DNA of 64,000 bases from Candidatus Levyibacteriota bacterium. Lineage in GTDB: Bacteria > Patescibacteriota > Microgenomatia > Levybacterales > UBA12049. Positions 1 through 10,558 of this stretch are shown one piece after another; position 1 is the first letter of the stretch, and every line of letters starts with the position of its first letter. The DNA is taken from the NCBI GenBank assembly GCA_049519175.1, contig JBEKQZ010000001.1, positions 399,679-463,678 of the forward strand, written 5' to 3'. A model generated the notes under the pieces. That model saw nothing but the letters and a program-made list of their open reading frames with translations, did no database searches and was not told where the DNA came from. Position numbers and translations under genes: made by a program.

Positions 1-27
1 TTAAGCAGGTGTAAATTATAGCACAAA

Positions 28-1179
28 TTACGCCCCCAGCAGCCATTTGAAGAAAGCTTCCGATGATTTATTAAACACTTTCTGGATTGACTGAATTGGA
101 TATTTTAAGTTAAATTTCTCAATCGGAAGGAATGTATTTTGTTCAGGCGGTGTCGGCGTTGGGACATAATCGATTTGTGGTTGACCTTTAACTTTCGCTA
201 AATTTTTATATGCGCTGTAAACCGCCGTTGGATTGCCGTTTCTCAAAAAAGTGAACTGCGTAAACGGTCCTGAATCGGCGCGCAAAAGAAACGGCGTCAC
301 CGCGACAACGTTAGGATCATTCCAGTAATTTGCAAAAGCGTCGGTATAATAATCACTTTGCGTTTGGTCGGAAACTTTGTCTGACGTCCAGCCGGTTTCG
401 GTAATAAACACCGGCAATTTTTTACCGGTTAATTGATAAATAAGCTCATTTTGATAGTAAAAACTGTAAATTCCCATGCTGTCGGTCGATGGGGAAGCGG
501 TAAATCCGGGATTTGGATATGAATGACTGGCTAGTCCGTCGACTTCGGCAAAAATTCCCGGTACTTCGTTATTCATCTCCTGCATAAACGTAAATTCATC
601 AATAGATTGTCCGGGAACATTCGCCGCTCCGTTATCCAATCCCGCCGCAATCACAAAAAAATTCGGGTTGGTTTGTTTAAAAATCTTGGTGGCGTAATCA
701 AGGATATCGGCATATGTCGCCGGGTCCGGCGTACCGCCCCATTCGTCGCCGCGATTTGGTTCATTAAAGATGACGACGTAACGATTTTTTGTCGGCCAAT
801 TTAAGGAATTTAAAAAATTGGCAAAATCTAAAACGTCGTAATCGGATGGTTCGGACCATGAACCCTGAACAAAATAGTCTCCGGTGGTCGCTAGTCGGAT
901 AATCGGAATTAAATGTCTTCTCGCGCAATCATCCATAAACGCTTGCCACTTATCTAAATTTCTGTCCGAGGCTTGAATTGGAATCGTCACGTAACCCCAA
1001 TCTCCACCTGAAGAATTAACCAGCGGTGCCGCGTCGGAAACTTCCGCCGGAAACAGAATATGAATGCCGAATTTATTATTTGGAGCACTTAGTGGATCAT
1101 AAGTGGCATGTACAACATTCACAAATTGAGAAATAGCGAATAAACACGCAACCAGTAATAAAATTCTCAATGTTTTCAT
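28..1179 (-). CDS. Secreted clan GH-A glycoside hydrolase (GH5/GH39-like)
   Basis: N-terminal signal peptide; NEP acid/base motif (FNEPN) and ITETG nucleophile motif. Confidence 0.75.
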   Translation of the reverse strand: MKTLRILLLVACLFAISQFVNVVHATYDPLSAPNNKFGIHILFPAEVSDAAPLVNSSGGDWGYVTIPIQASDRNLDKWQAFMDDCARRHLIPIIRLATTGDYFVQGSWSEPSDYDVLDFANFLNSLNWPTKNRYVVIFNEPNRGDEWGGTPDPATYADILDYATKIFKQTNPNFFVIAAGLDNGAANVPGQSIDEFTFMQEMNNEVPGIFAEVDGLASHSYPNPGFTASPSTDSMGIYSFYYQNELIYQLTGKKLPVFITETGWTSDKVSDQTQSDYYTDAFANYWNDPNVVAVTPFLLRADSGPFTQFTFLRNGNPTAVYSAYKNLAKVKGQPQIDYVPTPTPPEQNTFLPIEKFNLKYPIQSIQKVFNKSSEAFFKWLLGA

Positions 1180-1208
1180 GTCTTCTCATTTTACACCAAA
1201 CAGCAAAT

Positions 1209-2060
1209 TTAAAGCGAACAGTAGCGAGCGAAGAGGCCGGTGGAAAGTAATCTGCCGTTTGATTTTTGTTCCAAAGCTAATTCTCCGTATTCAATATTTT
1301 CTTTGTTGAGACCTAAATAATCTTCCATAGTATTAACTAACATCAGTGAGCTTGAAGAAATTGCGTAAGCATTCACAATTACAAAAACAGGATTTGGGCT
1401 TAAAATCTTCTTACAGTTTTCTAAAAGCTTGGGGAAACTTTGGTTAAAATCCCAGGTTTCTCCGTTTGGTCCGTGTCCGTAAACCGGCGGATCCGTAATA
1501 ATGGCGTCGTAGACGTTATCCCGCCTTGCCTCTCTGGCGGTAAATTCGGTGGCATCATCCAAAATCCAGCGGATTGGTTTATCTAAAAGTCCGGAAAGCG
1601 TTTGATTTTCCCTGGCCCAGGTAATTGACGGCTTTGAGCCGTCAACGTGCGTTACTTTGGCGCCCGCTTTAGCTGCTACCAAACTGGCAATACCGGTATA
1701 ACCAAATAGATTGAGAAGATTGACCGGCTTTTGCGCTTTTGAGATTTTATCCTCAATAAATTCCCAGTTTAAAACTTGCTCCGGAAATACACCGGTATGT
1801 TTAAAAGGCGTTAATTTAGCATAAAATTTAATGTTCTGAAAAGCTAACGGCCACTTTTCCGGCAAATTATTTTGACTCCACCCGCTTTCAAGATATTTTG
1901 CGTCAGCTTTATCCCATTCAACCGGTGATAAATGCGGTTGCCAAATTGCTTGAGGATCCGGTTTACTAATAATGTATTGCCCAAACCTTTCCAAACGCAG
2001 CCCATTACCACTATCCAAAAGCTCATAATCTTGCCAACCAACTGTTTTAAGAAGTTGCAT
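1209..2060 (-). CDS. Class I SAM-dependent methyltransferase (RlmI/RlmK-like)
   Basis: LNLFGYTG SAM motif, DPP motif IV, KHTGVFPEQ. Confidence 0.8.
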   Translation of the reverse strand: MQLLKTVGWQDYELLDSGNGLRLERFGQYIISKPDPQAIWQPHLSPVEWDKADAKYLESGWSQNNLPEKWPLAFQNIKFYAKLTPFKHTGVFPEQVLNWEFIEDKISKAQKPVNLLNLFGYTGIASLVAAKAGAKVTHVDGSKPSITWARENQTLSGLLDKPIRWILDDATEFTAREARRDNVYDAIITDPPVYGHGPNGETWDFNQSFPKLLENCKKILSPNPVFVIVNAYAISSSSLMLVNTMEDYLGLNKENIEYGELALEQKSNGRLLSTGLFARYCSL

Positions 2061-2095
2061 AATCAAATCTTAGCATAAAATGATAAAATAGGAAT

Positions 2096-3061
2096 ATGTT
2101 AATCGATGAAGCGACAATTACGGTTAAAGCAGGCAATGGCGGCAGAGGCGCCGCCACTTTTAAACGCAATGCCCAAACCGCTAAAGGCGGACCAGATGGC
2201 GGTAATGGCGGCAACGGCGGCGATGTTTACGCGCAAGGTATCAACGACATTATGGCTCTAATGGAATTCCGTTACAAAAAAAGCGTCCGGGGCGAAGATG
2301 GCATAAACGGAGCAAAACAAAATCTCTATGGTAGAAACGGCAAAGAGCTGGTTGTCTTTTTTCCGATCGGCACTCTGATTACGAATTTGAGCACCCAGGA
2401 AACTTTTGAGATTTTGGATACTACCACCAAAATTTTATTGGCCAAGGGCGGCAAAGGAGGCAGGGGTAACAATGAATTTAAATCCGCCACCAACCAAACC
2501 CCTTATTATGCGGAAAAAGGCGAGCAGGGTGAACAGAAAAGATTTTTTCTTGAATTAAAACTTATTGCCGACGTTGGCCTAATCGGCTTACCGAATTCCG
2601 GTAAAAGTTCACTTTTAGACGCACTGACCAATGCCCATCCGAAAATTGGCGATTATCCGTTTACCACGCTTGAACCGAATTTAGGCGTGATGAATGGCCT
2701 AATCATTGCCGACATTCCCGGGTTAATCGAAGGCGCTTCAGAAGGCAGAGGACTAGGTGATAAATTTTTAAGACACGTTGAAAAAACTAAAGTCCTGATT
2801 CATTGCTTGGATTGTCAGTCTGAAAATTATGACAAAGACTATGAAACTGTCAGGAAAGAATTAAAAGAATACAAAAGCGATTTAACCGTTAAAAATGAAT
2901 TACTTGTTCTGACAAAATCCGACCTTATTAGTCAAAAGGACTTATCAAAGATATTAAAAATTGTGGACAAACTGAACAAAAATAATCTGGTAGTTTCTAT
3001 TTATGACGACAAAAGTCTGGAAGAACTTAAAGCCAAAATCCTCGAACTTACGCAAAAATAG
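2096..3061 (+). CDS. obgE: GTPase Obg/CgtA
   Basis: Gly-rich Obg fold (GGPDGGNGG), GLPNSGKS, YPFTT, DIPG, TKSD. Confidence 0.97.
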   Translation: MLIDEATITVKAGNGGRGAATFKRNAQTAKGGPDGGNGGNGGDVYAQGINDIMALMEFRYKKSVRGEDGINGAKQNLYGRNGKELVVFFPIGTLITNLSTQETFEILDTTTKILLAKGGKGGRGNNEFKSATNQTPYYAEKGEQGEQKRFFLELKLIADVGLIGLPNSGKSSLLDALTNAHPKIGDYPFTTLEPNLGVMNGLIIADIPGLIEGASEGRGLGDKFLRHVEKTKVLIHCLDCQSENYDKDYETVRKELKEYKSDLTVKNELLVLTKSDLISQKDLSKILKIVDKLNKNNLVVSIYDDKSLEELKAKILELTQK

Positions 3062-3139
3062 CACCGCCATATCTTGCCGTTCGCCTTTTCAGTTCTAATC
3101 GAACACGGCTAGTTGTGCGATTTATTGACGGGTAAACGC

Positions 3140-3164
3140 AAAAAAACCCCTTGCGGGGTCTTTT
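3140..3164 (-). terminator. Intrinsic terminator (possibly bidirectional, also serving obgE)
   Basis: AAAAGACCCC-GCAA-GGGGTTTTTTT on the minus strand. Confidence 0.8.
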
Positions 3165-3223
3165 CGGGGTAATCTGCCTTGCGGCGGATCTCCTGCCTCT
3201 TCGTACTTTCGTATTCGAAGGTA
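3140..3223 (-). ncRNA. Putative small structured RNA of unknown family
   Basis: Perfect TTGACA-N17-TATAAT promoter upstream, two GNRA-capped hairpins, then an intrinsic terminator; no ORF. Confidence 0.65.
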
Positions 3224-3229
3224 AAAGCC

Positions 3230-3258
3230 ATTATATATACTTATGAATGGTTTGTCAA
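3230..3258 (-). promoter_or_regulatory. Consensus sigma70 promoter
   Basis: TTGACA (3258-3253), 17-nt spacer, TATAAT (3235-3230). Confidence 0.85.
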
Positions 3259-3399
3259 GTAGCACAATTTACGTCAAACCCACCCAAAACAAAAATAGTA
3301 CCCCATCTGGACCGAAGTTCGAACCTATCTAGCCTCAATCGATCCAACTGAGAAAACTACTTTTTTAGCATTTTCTAAATTTAAAAAGGAGGAGGAAAA

Positions 3400-3840
3400 A
3401 TGAAGGATTTCACTCTTTACGACGAAACCACTTTCTATCAGAAATTTATGGCGGATTTAAAGAATTGTACCAAAGAAGTAATTATTGAGAGTCCGTATAT
3501 AACCACCGGAAGAATGAATATGCTTATGCCGATCTTCAAAAACTTACTTAAACAGAAAGTAAAAATTTACATTATGACCAGGGATCCTAAAGAACATAGT
3601 GAGAGCATGGAAATACAGTCCGAAGAGACAATCTCCCAATTTGAAAGAATGGGAGTTCAGGTTTTACTTTGCACTGGAAATCATCATCGAAAACTGGCAA
3701 TTTTAGACAGAGAAGTACTTTGGGAAGGAAGCCTAAACATTCTATCTCAAACAATAAGTAGAGAAATTATGAGAAGAATTGAGAGCAGACAGTTTGCAAT
3801 AGAGATGTTTGAGTTTCTAAAACTCGGGAGATTTATTTAG
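3400..3840 (+). CDS. Stand-alone phospholipase D-family (HKD) nuclease-like protein
   Basis: HRKLAILD...EGSLN (HxKxxxxD...GSxN) and SPYI motifs; GGAGG SD. Confidence 0.85.
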   Translation: MKDFTLYDETTFYQKFMADLKNCTKEVIIESPYITTGRMNMLMPIFKNLLKQKVKIYIMTRDPKEHSESMEIQSEETISQFERMGVQVLLCTGNHHRKLAILDREVLWEGSLNILSQTISREIMRRIESRQFAIEMFEFLKLGRFI

Positions 3841-4026
3841 GAAGTTAGTTGGTCACACAACTCAAGATATACGCCCGCTTATAAACAACGTTTGAAACCC
3901 ACTATATTTTTTATATTTTAATTGTCAAGAGGCAAAAAACGGTCATTTTGAAGCTAATTTTAATTAATAAATATATATAAATAATAAAGGTGTATAATCT
4001 CTCCACCTAATTACTATAGGTGAAAT

Positions 4027-5130
4027 ATGACAGAGCAAAGAGCTGAAAACACAAATGCAGCAGAGACGCAAAAGATACCACTTGTAAGCGAGGGAGGAGT
4101 TATCCGAGTCGATACGGGTATTGTTAGCGTTAATAGTAGACTACGTCATTTCTTAGCTAAACCGGCCACTTACGAACAATCACACGAAGCTCAGAGCGCA
4201 GTTTTAAAAAGCGTAGATCCCTCAATTCTAAAGCTTGTTGAAGGCTGGGACTGGGGAAGTCACAAAGTTAAGCAATTACCAGTAGGTACAAGAGCGGTTA
4301 TTTCAATTTCATATCCCAACCCCACTCATCCAGACATAAGTGTCTTCAGGCTTGGTGGAGTAATTTTGGATTCGAACGTGCCCGTAGGGACCCCACATTT
4401 CACATATCCGTGGGGAGAAAAGCCATTATTTTACAACTTTCCAATAGTAAAGGACAAAGATTGGGAGAAAAAAGGAGAAAAAGCGCAAGATTTCTTGAGA
4501 GCGAACCCAAAATTCTTACAGCTTTTGAGTCAAGGAGCTGTACAGTTCGAACTTAATAAGATTAGGGATGTAGAATTAATAATAGGCGTTGAAGAAATCA
4601 CTAGGGGAAGATTTAATAATCTTTCGGAATATCTGGCATGGCTAGAGCCAGGATTGGATAAGGCTTGGAATGTTGCTATGGAACTTAAAAGGAAATTGGA
4701 AGCAGCGGGAAAACTAAGAAGAGACACTGAAAGAGCAGGGACAATTATCTATAGACAAGAATTTGAGTACGGTAAAGATGGAAGAGATTATTACAGAGAT
4801 TCTTACAGTGCAAGTTTTTCAAGGAATTCGTGTACTTTTGAGTATTCTCACGCTACGATAAGTGGTAGCCGAACCGATTCTTTTACTCTCGAGCGAGGAA
4901 AGCAATTGTCTGATACTACTTATTCGTTACGTTCTGTTGGTTACACGACACCTGTTGTTCCTGGAGGTCAATCAATCTATACCTCATTTATCAACAGAAC
5001 TGGAACCGAGCAAGAGAAAGTTGATCCGGATCCAAATAAGCCCGTGCTCATCAGATCAAGAATAGATATGTTTGACGAATTCGCTAAGGTCTGCGATGAA
5101 GTTACAAGATCTGTTCCAAAAAAATCTTGA
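4027..5130 (+). CDS. Hypothetical protein
   Basis: 367-aa ORF with AGGTG SD; no recognised motif. Confidence 0.6.
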   Translation: MTEQRAENTNAAETQKIPLVSEGGVIRVDTGIVSVNSRLRHFLAKPATYEQSHEAQSAVLKSVDPSILKLVEGWDWGSHKVKQLPVGTRAVISISYPNPTHPDISVFRLGGVILDSNVPVGTPHFTYPWGEKPLFYNFPIVKDKDWEKKGEKAQDFLRANPKFLQLLSQGAVQFELNKIRDVELIIGVEEITRGRFNNLSEYLAWLEPGLDKAWNVAMELKRKLEAAGKLRRDTERAGTIIYRQEFEYGKDGRDYYRDSYSASFSRNSCTFEYSHATISGSRTDSFTLERGKQLSDTTYSLRSVGYTTPVVPGGQSIYTSFINRTGTEQEKVDPDPNKPVLIRSRIDMFDEFAKVCDEVTRSVPKKS

Positions 5131-5222
5131 TCACGACCAAGGTTATGATGATCATAATACTACTAGTCAAAGAGTTCGGTTTGGTTGACACTAGAAGGCT
5201 CTAGAGTTTAGTATTTATATAC

Positions 5223-6377
5223 ATGGCTAACAATTCTATGAAAAGGAAAGAATTGACTCAGGACGTAAAATTAATCAAAAAGTGCAGGAAAACCTTAATT
5301 GATTTATATTCCAGCGACATAAATAAATTTATTGATATATTTTTCTATGAAAAAGGGGTCAAGCTCGAAAATGACAGCTTCCAAATTCTCGAGCAAGCGG
5401 GAATATTAAGAAAAGAAAATAAACAATGGTTTGCAAACGTGATGGTCTTTCCGTTTAAGGGGAAATTAATTGTTACCGATTTCCTTTTATCCTTGTATAA
5501 GAAAAAGAATGGAAAATTTACGAGAGGATTAGATGATGTATGGGTAATGTTTCCGCATGAAACTCTTCTATTTATTGATAGACTTGATGATATAAAAGGG
5601 AAAGTGGCTTTGGATATGGCATCAGGCTCTGGGGCAATCTCGTTATTTTTGGCAGACAGATTTGAAAAAGTTATTGCTTCAGACATAAACCCCAAGGCAG
5701 TTAAATATGCAAGATTTAATGTTGTTTTAAATAATCTTGAGGGAAAAATAACTAATGTTCAATCGGATTTATTTTCTGCGCTTAAGGATATTAGATTTGA
5801 TTATATCTGTTGGAATGGACCAACGGTTGCACTGCCGGAAGTTAAAGAACCAGAAAAAGTTTATCCTCTTTACACTTACGGAGGTCCAGACGGAGCTGAA
5901 TTCACAAAAAAGTTTTTAGATGAGGTCTTTACGCATGTTAACGACAAATTCAAGATTAAATGGTGGGATGGTTCCTTAGGCGACTCAAGTCAATCTGTGG
6001 TTGAACAATATATTCGGAAGAACCTTTCTAAGTTTCCAATAAAAGTGACAATTGACTTTTTAAATAAGAGGCGAGGCGTTCCCTTAAGGGAATATGACAG
6101 ACTATATAAGAAGTATTGTTTGGATAAGTTCGATTTAAATCAAGGTGAAAATGGAAGAACCAAGATCGTTGAGAAATGGTACGAAATGTTAAGAAGACAA
6201 AAGCTCTTAAACGTATATATTTCCCTTATATCCATAGAGCCAAATAATCATTTCGAGGTGATCTATAAAGAAACAGACAAAACCTACGTAGGGCCAAGGC
6301 AAGTTTATGGTTTTGAATGGCATTATACATCCCGTAGATTCATTACTAATTATTTGAGAACTAATAGCGGCTTCTAA
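5223..6377 (+). CDS. SAM-dependent methyltransferase (HemK/MTS-like, atypical motif IV NGPT)
   Basis: LDMASGSG, SDINPKA, SDLF, FDYICWNGP, YGGPDG. Confidence 0.8.
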   Translation: MANNSMKRKELTQDVKLIKKCRKTLIDLYSSDINKFIDIFFYEKGVKLENDSFQILEQAGILRKENKQWFANVMVFPFKGKLIVTDFLLSLYKKKNGKFTRGLDDVWVMFPHETLLFIDRLDDIKGKVALDMASGSGAISLFLADRFEKVIASDINPKAVKYARFNVVLNNLEGKITNVQSDLFSALKDIRFDYICWNGPTVALPEVKEPEKVYPLYTYGGPDGAEFTKKFLDEVFTHVNDKFKIKWWDGSLGDSSQSVVEQYIRKNLSKFPIKVTIDFLNKRRGVPLREYDRLYKKYCLDKFDLNQGENGRTKIVEKWYEMLRRQKLLNVYISLISIEPNNHFEVIYKETDKTYVGPRQVYGFEWHYTSRRFITNYLRTNSGF

Positions 6378-6494
6378 TCTTGTTTCCCTTTATTACTGCA
6401 TTACAGGTTTAAGTTGCGCATTCTAAATTTTTCCATGGATAAAGGTTCGAGCCATCCCAGATGGGTGTCTATTTTTGAAGCTATAATTCCCGAG

Positions 6495-6568
6495 TACCGC
6501 GTGCGGGAGTCGAACCCGCGATTTGGTGGCTGAAAACCACCCGTCCTAGGCCACTAGACGAACGCGGC
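6495..6568 (-). tRNA. tRNA-Glu(TTC)
   Basis: Cloverleaf GCCGCGT...ACGCGGTA; anticodon arm GGTGG-TT-TTC-AG-CCACC. Confidence 0.95.
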
Positions 6569-6650
6569 ACGAACTTTATTATAGCGTAATTGACTACTGC
6601 TAGTAAATAGCTTGTAAAGTTATAGTTGCGCTTGATATAATTCAATTTAT

Positions 6651-6725
6651 GGGCCGGTAGCTCAGCGGTAGAGCAGGAGCCTTTTAAGCTCTTGGTCCAG
6701 GGTTCGAATCCCTGCCGGCTCACCA
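6651..6725 (+). tRNA. tRNA-Lys(TTT)
   Basis: Cloverleaf; GGAGC-CT-TTT-AA-GCTCT; encoded CCA. Confidence 0.97.
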
Positions 6726-6732
6726 AAAAAGT

Positions 6733-7587
6733 TTAATTTATTTTATTGAGGTCGATTTTGATATCTGTAGACTTATAAAACAAACATTGTCTGGCAACTG
6801 CATTAGCAAATCTTCCCGCTTCTTCTAAATTTCCCGCCTGTTTATATTCGTAGGCAAATGAGGCGCTAAAAATATCTCCCGAACCAACTGAATCGACTAT
6901 TTCATTTTCCGGAAGCGGAACTGTCGGTAGCAGAATTTCGTTCTCGCCTTTAAAAGCAACTGCGCCTTTTTCGCCAAGTGTAACAACGGGAATGACATTC
7001 AAATCTTTAGCCCATTCTTTTGCTTGAGCAAGCATTGTCGGCGAATCCTGCTCGGAAACAATAACGATATCCATCAACGGTAGAATATCTTTTGCTTCTA
7101 TAAATTCCCTCACCAAAACATTATTCTCGGAATCGAAATTTCGATAAAATCCTTGCGGAATAAACACTTTCAAAGCACCTGATTTTAGATTTGCCGTAAC
7201 TGATTGGATATATTCCTTGGTATAAATTGGTGACTGGGGAGCAAAAAATACAATGTCAGCCTGTCGTAAAACTTCGATAATAGAATCGTCTAAATCGACT
7301 GCAAAAGCGTCTTCTCGGTTGTAAGATTTTTGGGTTCGCAGACCTCCTCTGGAAACATTTTCATAAACTAAGGTTTTGTCTGCATTGGGCTGTGTGGGAA
7401 AAATATTCACACCGGTTAGATATTGAAAAAAATCTGGTCCGTAAGAAGCAATAATACTAACGTTGCAATCACCAAATTGTTTAAAGATTTTATTCATAAA
7501 CATCGCCGGACTACCGGCGGAAGTATAAGAAGCGTTTTCCGAAACATTTTTATCAATGCAAACTGTGCCGACAATGCAGGTATTCAT
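6733..7587 (-). CDS. PfkB/ribokinase-family carbohydrate kinase
   Basis: VTLGEKGA and DSVGSGDIF motifs. Confidence 0.9.
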   Translation of the reverse strand: MNTCIVGTVCIDKNVSENASYTSAGSPAMFMNKIFKQFGDCNVSIIASYGPDFFQYLTGVNIFPTQPNADKTLVYENVSRGGLRTQKSYNREDAFAVDLDDSIIEVLRQADIVFFAPQSPIYTKEYIQSVTANLKSGALKVFIPQGFYRNFDSENNVLVREFIEAKDILPLMDIVIVSEQDSPTMLAQAKEWAKDLNVIPVVTLGEKGAVAFKGENEILLPTVPLPENEIVDSVGSGDIFSASFAYEYKQAGNLEEAGRFANAVARQCLFYKSTDIKIDLNKIN

Positions 7588-7659
7588 AGGAATGATTATA
7601 ACATAGACACTACTCTTGTTTGTTCGTAAATTTGGGACTATAATAAATGTTCGCTAAAT

Positions 7660-10539
7660 ATGGATAAATTGGTTATTAAAGGCGCAAGAGAAAACAATCT
7701 TAAGAACATTGATTTGGAAATTCCCAAAAATAAACTGGTGGTTTTTACTGGACTTTCGGGCAGCGGAAAATCGTCATTAGCTTTTGACACCATTTACGCC
7801 GAAGGACAAAGACGTTACGTCGAAAGTTTGTCATCTTACGCCAGGCAATTTTTGGGGATTATGAAAAAACCGGACGTCGATTTAATCGAGGGACTTTCTC
7901 CGGCAATTTCGATTGACCAAAAATCCGCTTCGCATAATCCGCGCTCAACCGTTGGCACGGTGACGGAAATTTACGACTACTTAAGGCTTTTATATGCGCG
8001 TATCGGGCATCCGCATTGTCCAAACTGCGGCCGGGAAATAAGCAGAATGACCAAAGAACAAATCACCAACGCTGTTTTTGAACTGTTGGATAAAAAATTA
8101 AGTAAAAATTTAAAACTGCTAATTTTAGCGCCGATTGTCAAAGACCGCAAAGGCGAATACACCGAACTATTTACGGATTTAAAGAAACGCGGTTACAAAA
8201 AAGCCAGAATTGATAAGCAGGTCTTTTCCCTTGACGAAGAATTCGTGCTGATTAAAACCAATAAACACACCATTGAAGCAATAATTGACCAAATTGTTTT
8301 AACCAAAACGACCGATCGTAGTCGAATTGCCGCCGACGTCGAGCAAGGTTTAAAACTCGGTAGCAGTGAATTGATAATTTCGATTATTAGAGACATTGGG
8401 TTTGACCTGCCCGACAAACCAAAAAAAATGGAAGATGAATTTTTTTCCGAAAAATTTGCCTGCCCGGTTTGCAATATTTTTTTGCCCGAAATTGAACCAC
8501 GCATTTTTTCTTTTAACACTCCGCACGGCGCCTGTCCGACCTGTAGCGGCCTGGGAAATATCTTAACGGTTGATAAAGATTTGGTGTTTAATGATAATTT
8601 GACGATTGGCGAGGGCGGCTTAATGCCTTACCAAAATTTGTTAAGCCACGAAACATGGGCGTCACGAACTTTTAAAGTTTTTTGCGCAGAAAACAATGTC
8701 CCATTGAATAAACGCTTGTCTGAATTTAGTAAAGAGCAAAAAGAACTGTTGCTTAACGGCACCGGCGAAAAATTGTATTACGTCGAAGGCGAAAACCGCT
8801 GGGGCAGAGAAACCGCGATTGAAGAACCGTTTATTGGCATTCTTGAAGACTTAAAACAAAAATACCAATCCACCGAATCTACTTTTCTTAAATCCCAAAT
8901 CGAAAAGTATATGCGTTTTGAAACCTGTCCACAGTGCCAAGGCGCCAGACTGAAAAAAGAAGCTTTGTCGGTCACGATTAATACTAAATCGATTGTGGAT
9001 TTTTCCGATTTGTCAATTACCGACGCTTATGCTTTTATTACCAACCTAAATTCCATCAGCGACCGGGAAAAAGAAATCGGCAAACTGATTCTTAAAGAAA
9101 TTAAGCAACGTTTAACTTTTTTAATTGATGTTGGTTTGGATTATTTAACCCTGTCCCGCGGCGCACAAACTTTAGCCGGCGGAGAAGCGCAAAGAATCCG
9201 CTTAGCATCGCAAATCGGCAGTGGTCTAACAGGCGTTTTGTATGTTTTGGATGAACCATCGATTGGATTGCACCAACGGGATAATCAGAAACTGATTGAC
9301 ACTTTAAAAAAGTTAAGAGACTTGGGCAACACGGTTCTGGTGGTTGAACACGACGAAGAAACCATGCGGCAGGCGGACTATATTATTGATTTCGGACCGG
9401 GAGCGGGCGAGCAGGGCGGACATATTGTCGCCCACGGAACAATTGCGCAAATCATTAGTAACTCCAAGTCTTTAACCGGTGAATATTTGTCAGGAAAGCG
9501 GAAAATTAAAATTATCACCGATAAGGAGGTCGCGGAAAATATGAAAATATTGAGGATTGAAGGCGCCAAAGAACATAATCTAAAAAATATCAACGTTAAT
9601 TTCCCTTTACATAAGTTAATTGTCGTGACCGGAGTTTCGGGCAGCGGCAAATCAACCCTGGTTAACGATATCTTATATCACGCCTTAATGCAAAAAAATA
9701 ATCCTTATCACCGCCAGAAGCCGGGAAAATATTCAACCATTAACGGTTTTGAAAACATCAAAAACATTTTTATGATTGACCAGTCGCCGATTGGCCGGAC
9801 GCCACGTAGTAATCCTGCCACATATATTGGCGCTTTTAATTATATCCGCGACCTTTTCGCCAAAACCAAAGACGCCAAAATTAAAGGTTATGGTCCTGGG
9901 CGGTTCTCGTTTAACGTTAAAGGTGGACGCTGTGAAGCTTGTGAGGGTGAAGGACGGATTAAAATCGAAATGCAGTTTTTGCCCGACGTTTACGTCACTT
10001 GCGAAGTTTGTAACGGAGCGCAATATAATCACGAGGCTTTGGAAGTTGAATATAACGGCAAAAATATTTCCCAAGTGCTTAATATGAGTGTCGCCGATGC
10101 ACTAACCTTTTTTAGTTTTGTTCCCGGACTATCACACAAGTTACAGACTTTGAATGACGTCGGACTTGGCTACGTTAAACTCGGGCAGCCGGCACCAACT
10201 TTGTCGGGCGGAGAAGCGCAACGGGTTAAACTGGCAGCCGAACTTTCCAAACGCGGCTCCAACGCTTTATATCTTTTGGATGAACCGACCACCGGCTTGC
10301 ATTTTGCCGATTTGGAAAAATTACTGAACGTTTTAAGAAGATTGGTTGACTTGGGTAATACCGTCATTGTCATTGAACACAACCTGGACGTTATCAAGAA
10401 TGCCGACCATATTATTGATCTTGGACCCGAAGGCGGAGAAAAAGGCGGAGAGTTGGTAGTTGCCGGAACGCCGCAGGAAGTGGCGAAAAATAAATTATCC
10501 TACACCGGAAAATTCCTCAAGACAAGACTTGGAATTTAA
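7660..10539 (+). CDS. uvrA: Excinuclease ABC subunit A
   Basis: Two ABC ATPase domains ([16 protein letters not shown]), zinc fingers, LSGGEAQR. Confidence 0.99.
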   Translation: MDKLVIKGARENNLKNIDLEIPKNKLVVFTGLSGSGKSSLAFDTIYAEGQRRYVESLSSYARQFLGIMKKPDVDLIEGLSPAISIDQKSASHNPRSTVGTVTEIYDYLRLLYARIGHPHCPNCGREISRMTKEQITNAVFELLDKKLSKNLKLLILAPIVKDRKGEYTELFTDLKKRGYKKARIDKQVFSLDEEFVLIKTNKHTIEAIIDQIVLTKTTDRSRIAADVEQGLKLGSSELIISIIRDIGFDLPDKPKKMEDEFFSEKFACPVCNIFLPEIEPRIFSFNTPHGACPTCSGLGNILTVDKDLVFNDNLTIGEGGLMPYQNLLSHETWASRTFKVFCAENNVPLNKRLSEFSKEQKELLLNGTGEKLYYVEGENRWGRETAIEEPFIGILEDLKQKYQSTESTFLKSQIEKYMRFETCPQCQGARLKKEALSVTINTKSIVDFSDLSITDAYAFITNLNSISDREKEIGKLILKEIKQRLTFLIDVGLDYLTLSRGAQTLAGGEAQRIRLASQIGSGLTGVLYVLDEPSIGLHQRDNQKLIDTLKKLRDLGNTVLVVEHDEETMRQADYIIDFGPGAGEQGGHIVAHGTIAQIISNSKSLTGEYLSGKRKIKIITDKEVAENMKILRIEGAKEHNLKNINVNFPLHKLIVVTGVSGSGKSTLVNDILYHALMQKNNPYHRQKPGKYSTINGFENIKNIFMIDQSPIGRTPRSNPATYIGAFNYIRDLFAKTKDAKIKGYGPGRFSFNVKGGRCEACEGEGRIKIEMQFLPDVYVTCEVCNGAQYNHEALEVEYNGKNISQVLNMSVADALTFFSFVPGLSHKLQTLNDVGLGYVKLGQPAPTLSGGEAQRVKLAAELSKRGSNALYLLDEPTTGLHFADLEKLLNVLRRLVDLGNTVIVIEHNLDVIKNADHIIDLGPEGGEKGGELVVAGTPQEVAKNKLSYTGKFLKTRLGI

Positions 10540-10558
10540 AATAAGCTATAATGTTTTA

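Noticed and set aside
6481-6726. 81-aa ORF MVSRQGFEP..., and similar ORFs at 17498-17722 and 35800-36015
   Set aside because: Shadow translations of tRNA genes (GFEP/GLEP/DSN arise from the T-arm)
7611-7659. LexA box upstream of uvrA
   Set aside because: Two TGTTCG half-sites but not at the N7 spacing seen at dinB; too weak to call
10460-10558. N-terminal extension of the transglutaminase ORF
   Set aside because: Overlaps uvrA; the signal peptide and -10 position favour GTG 10559
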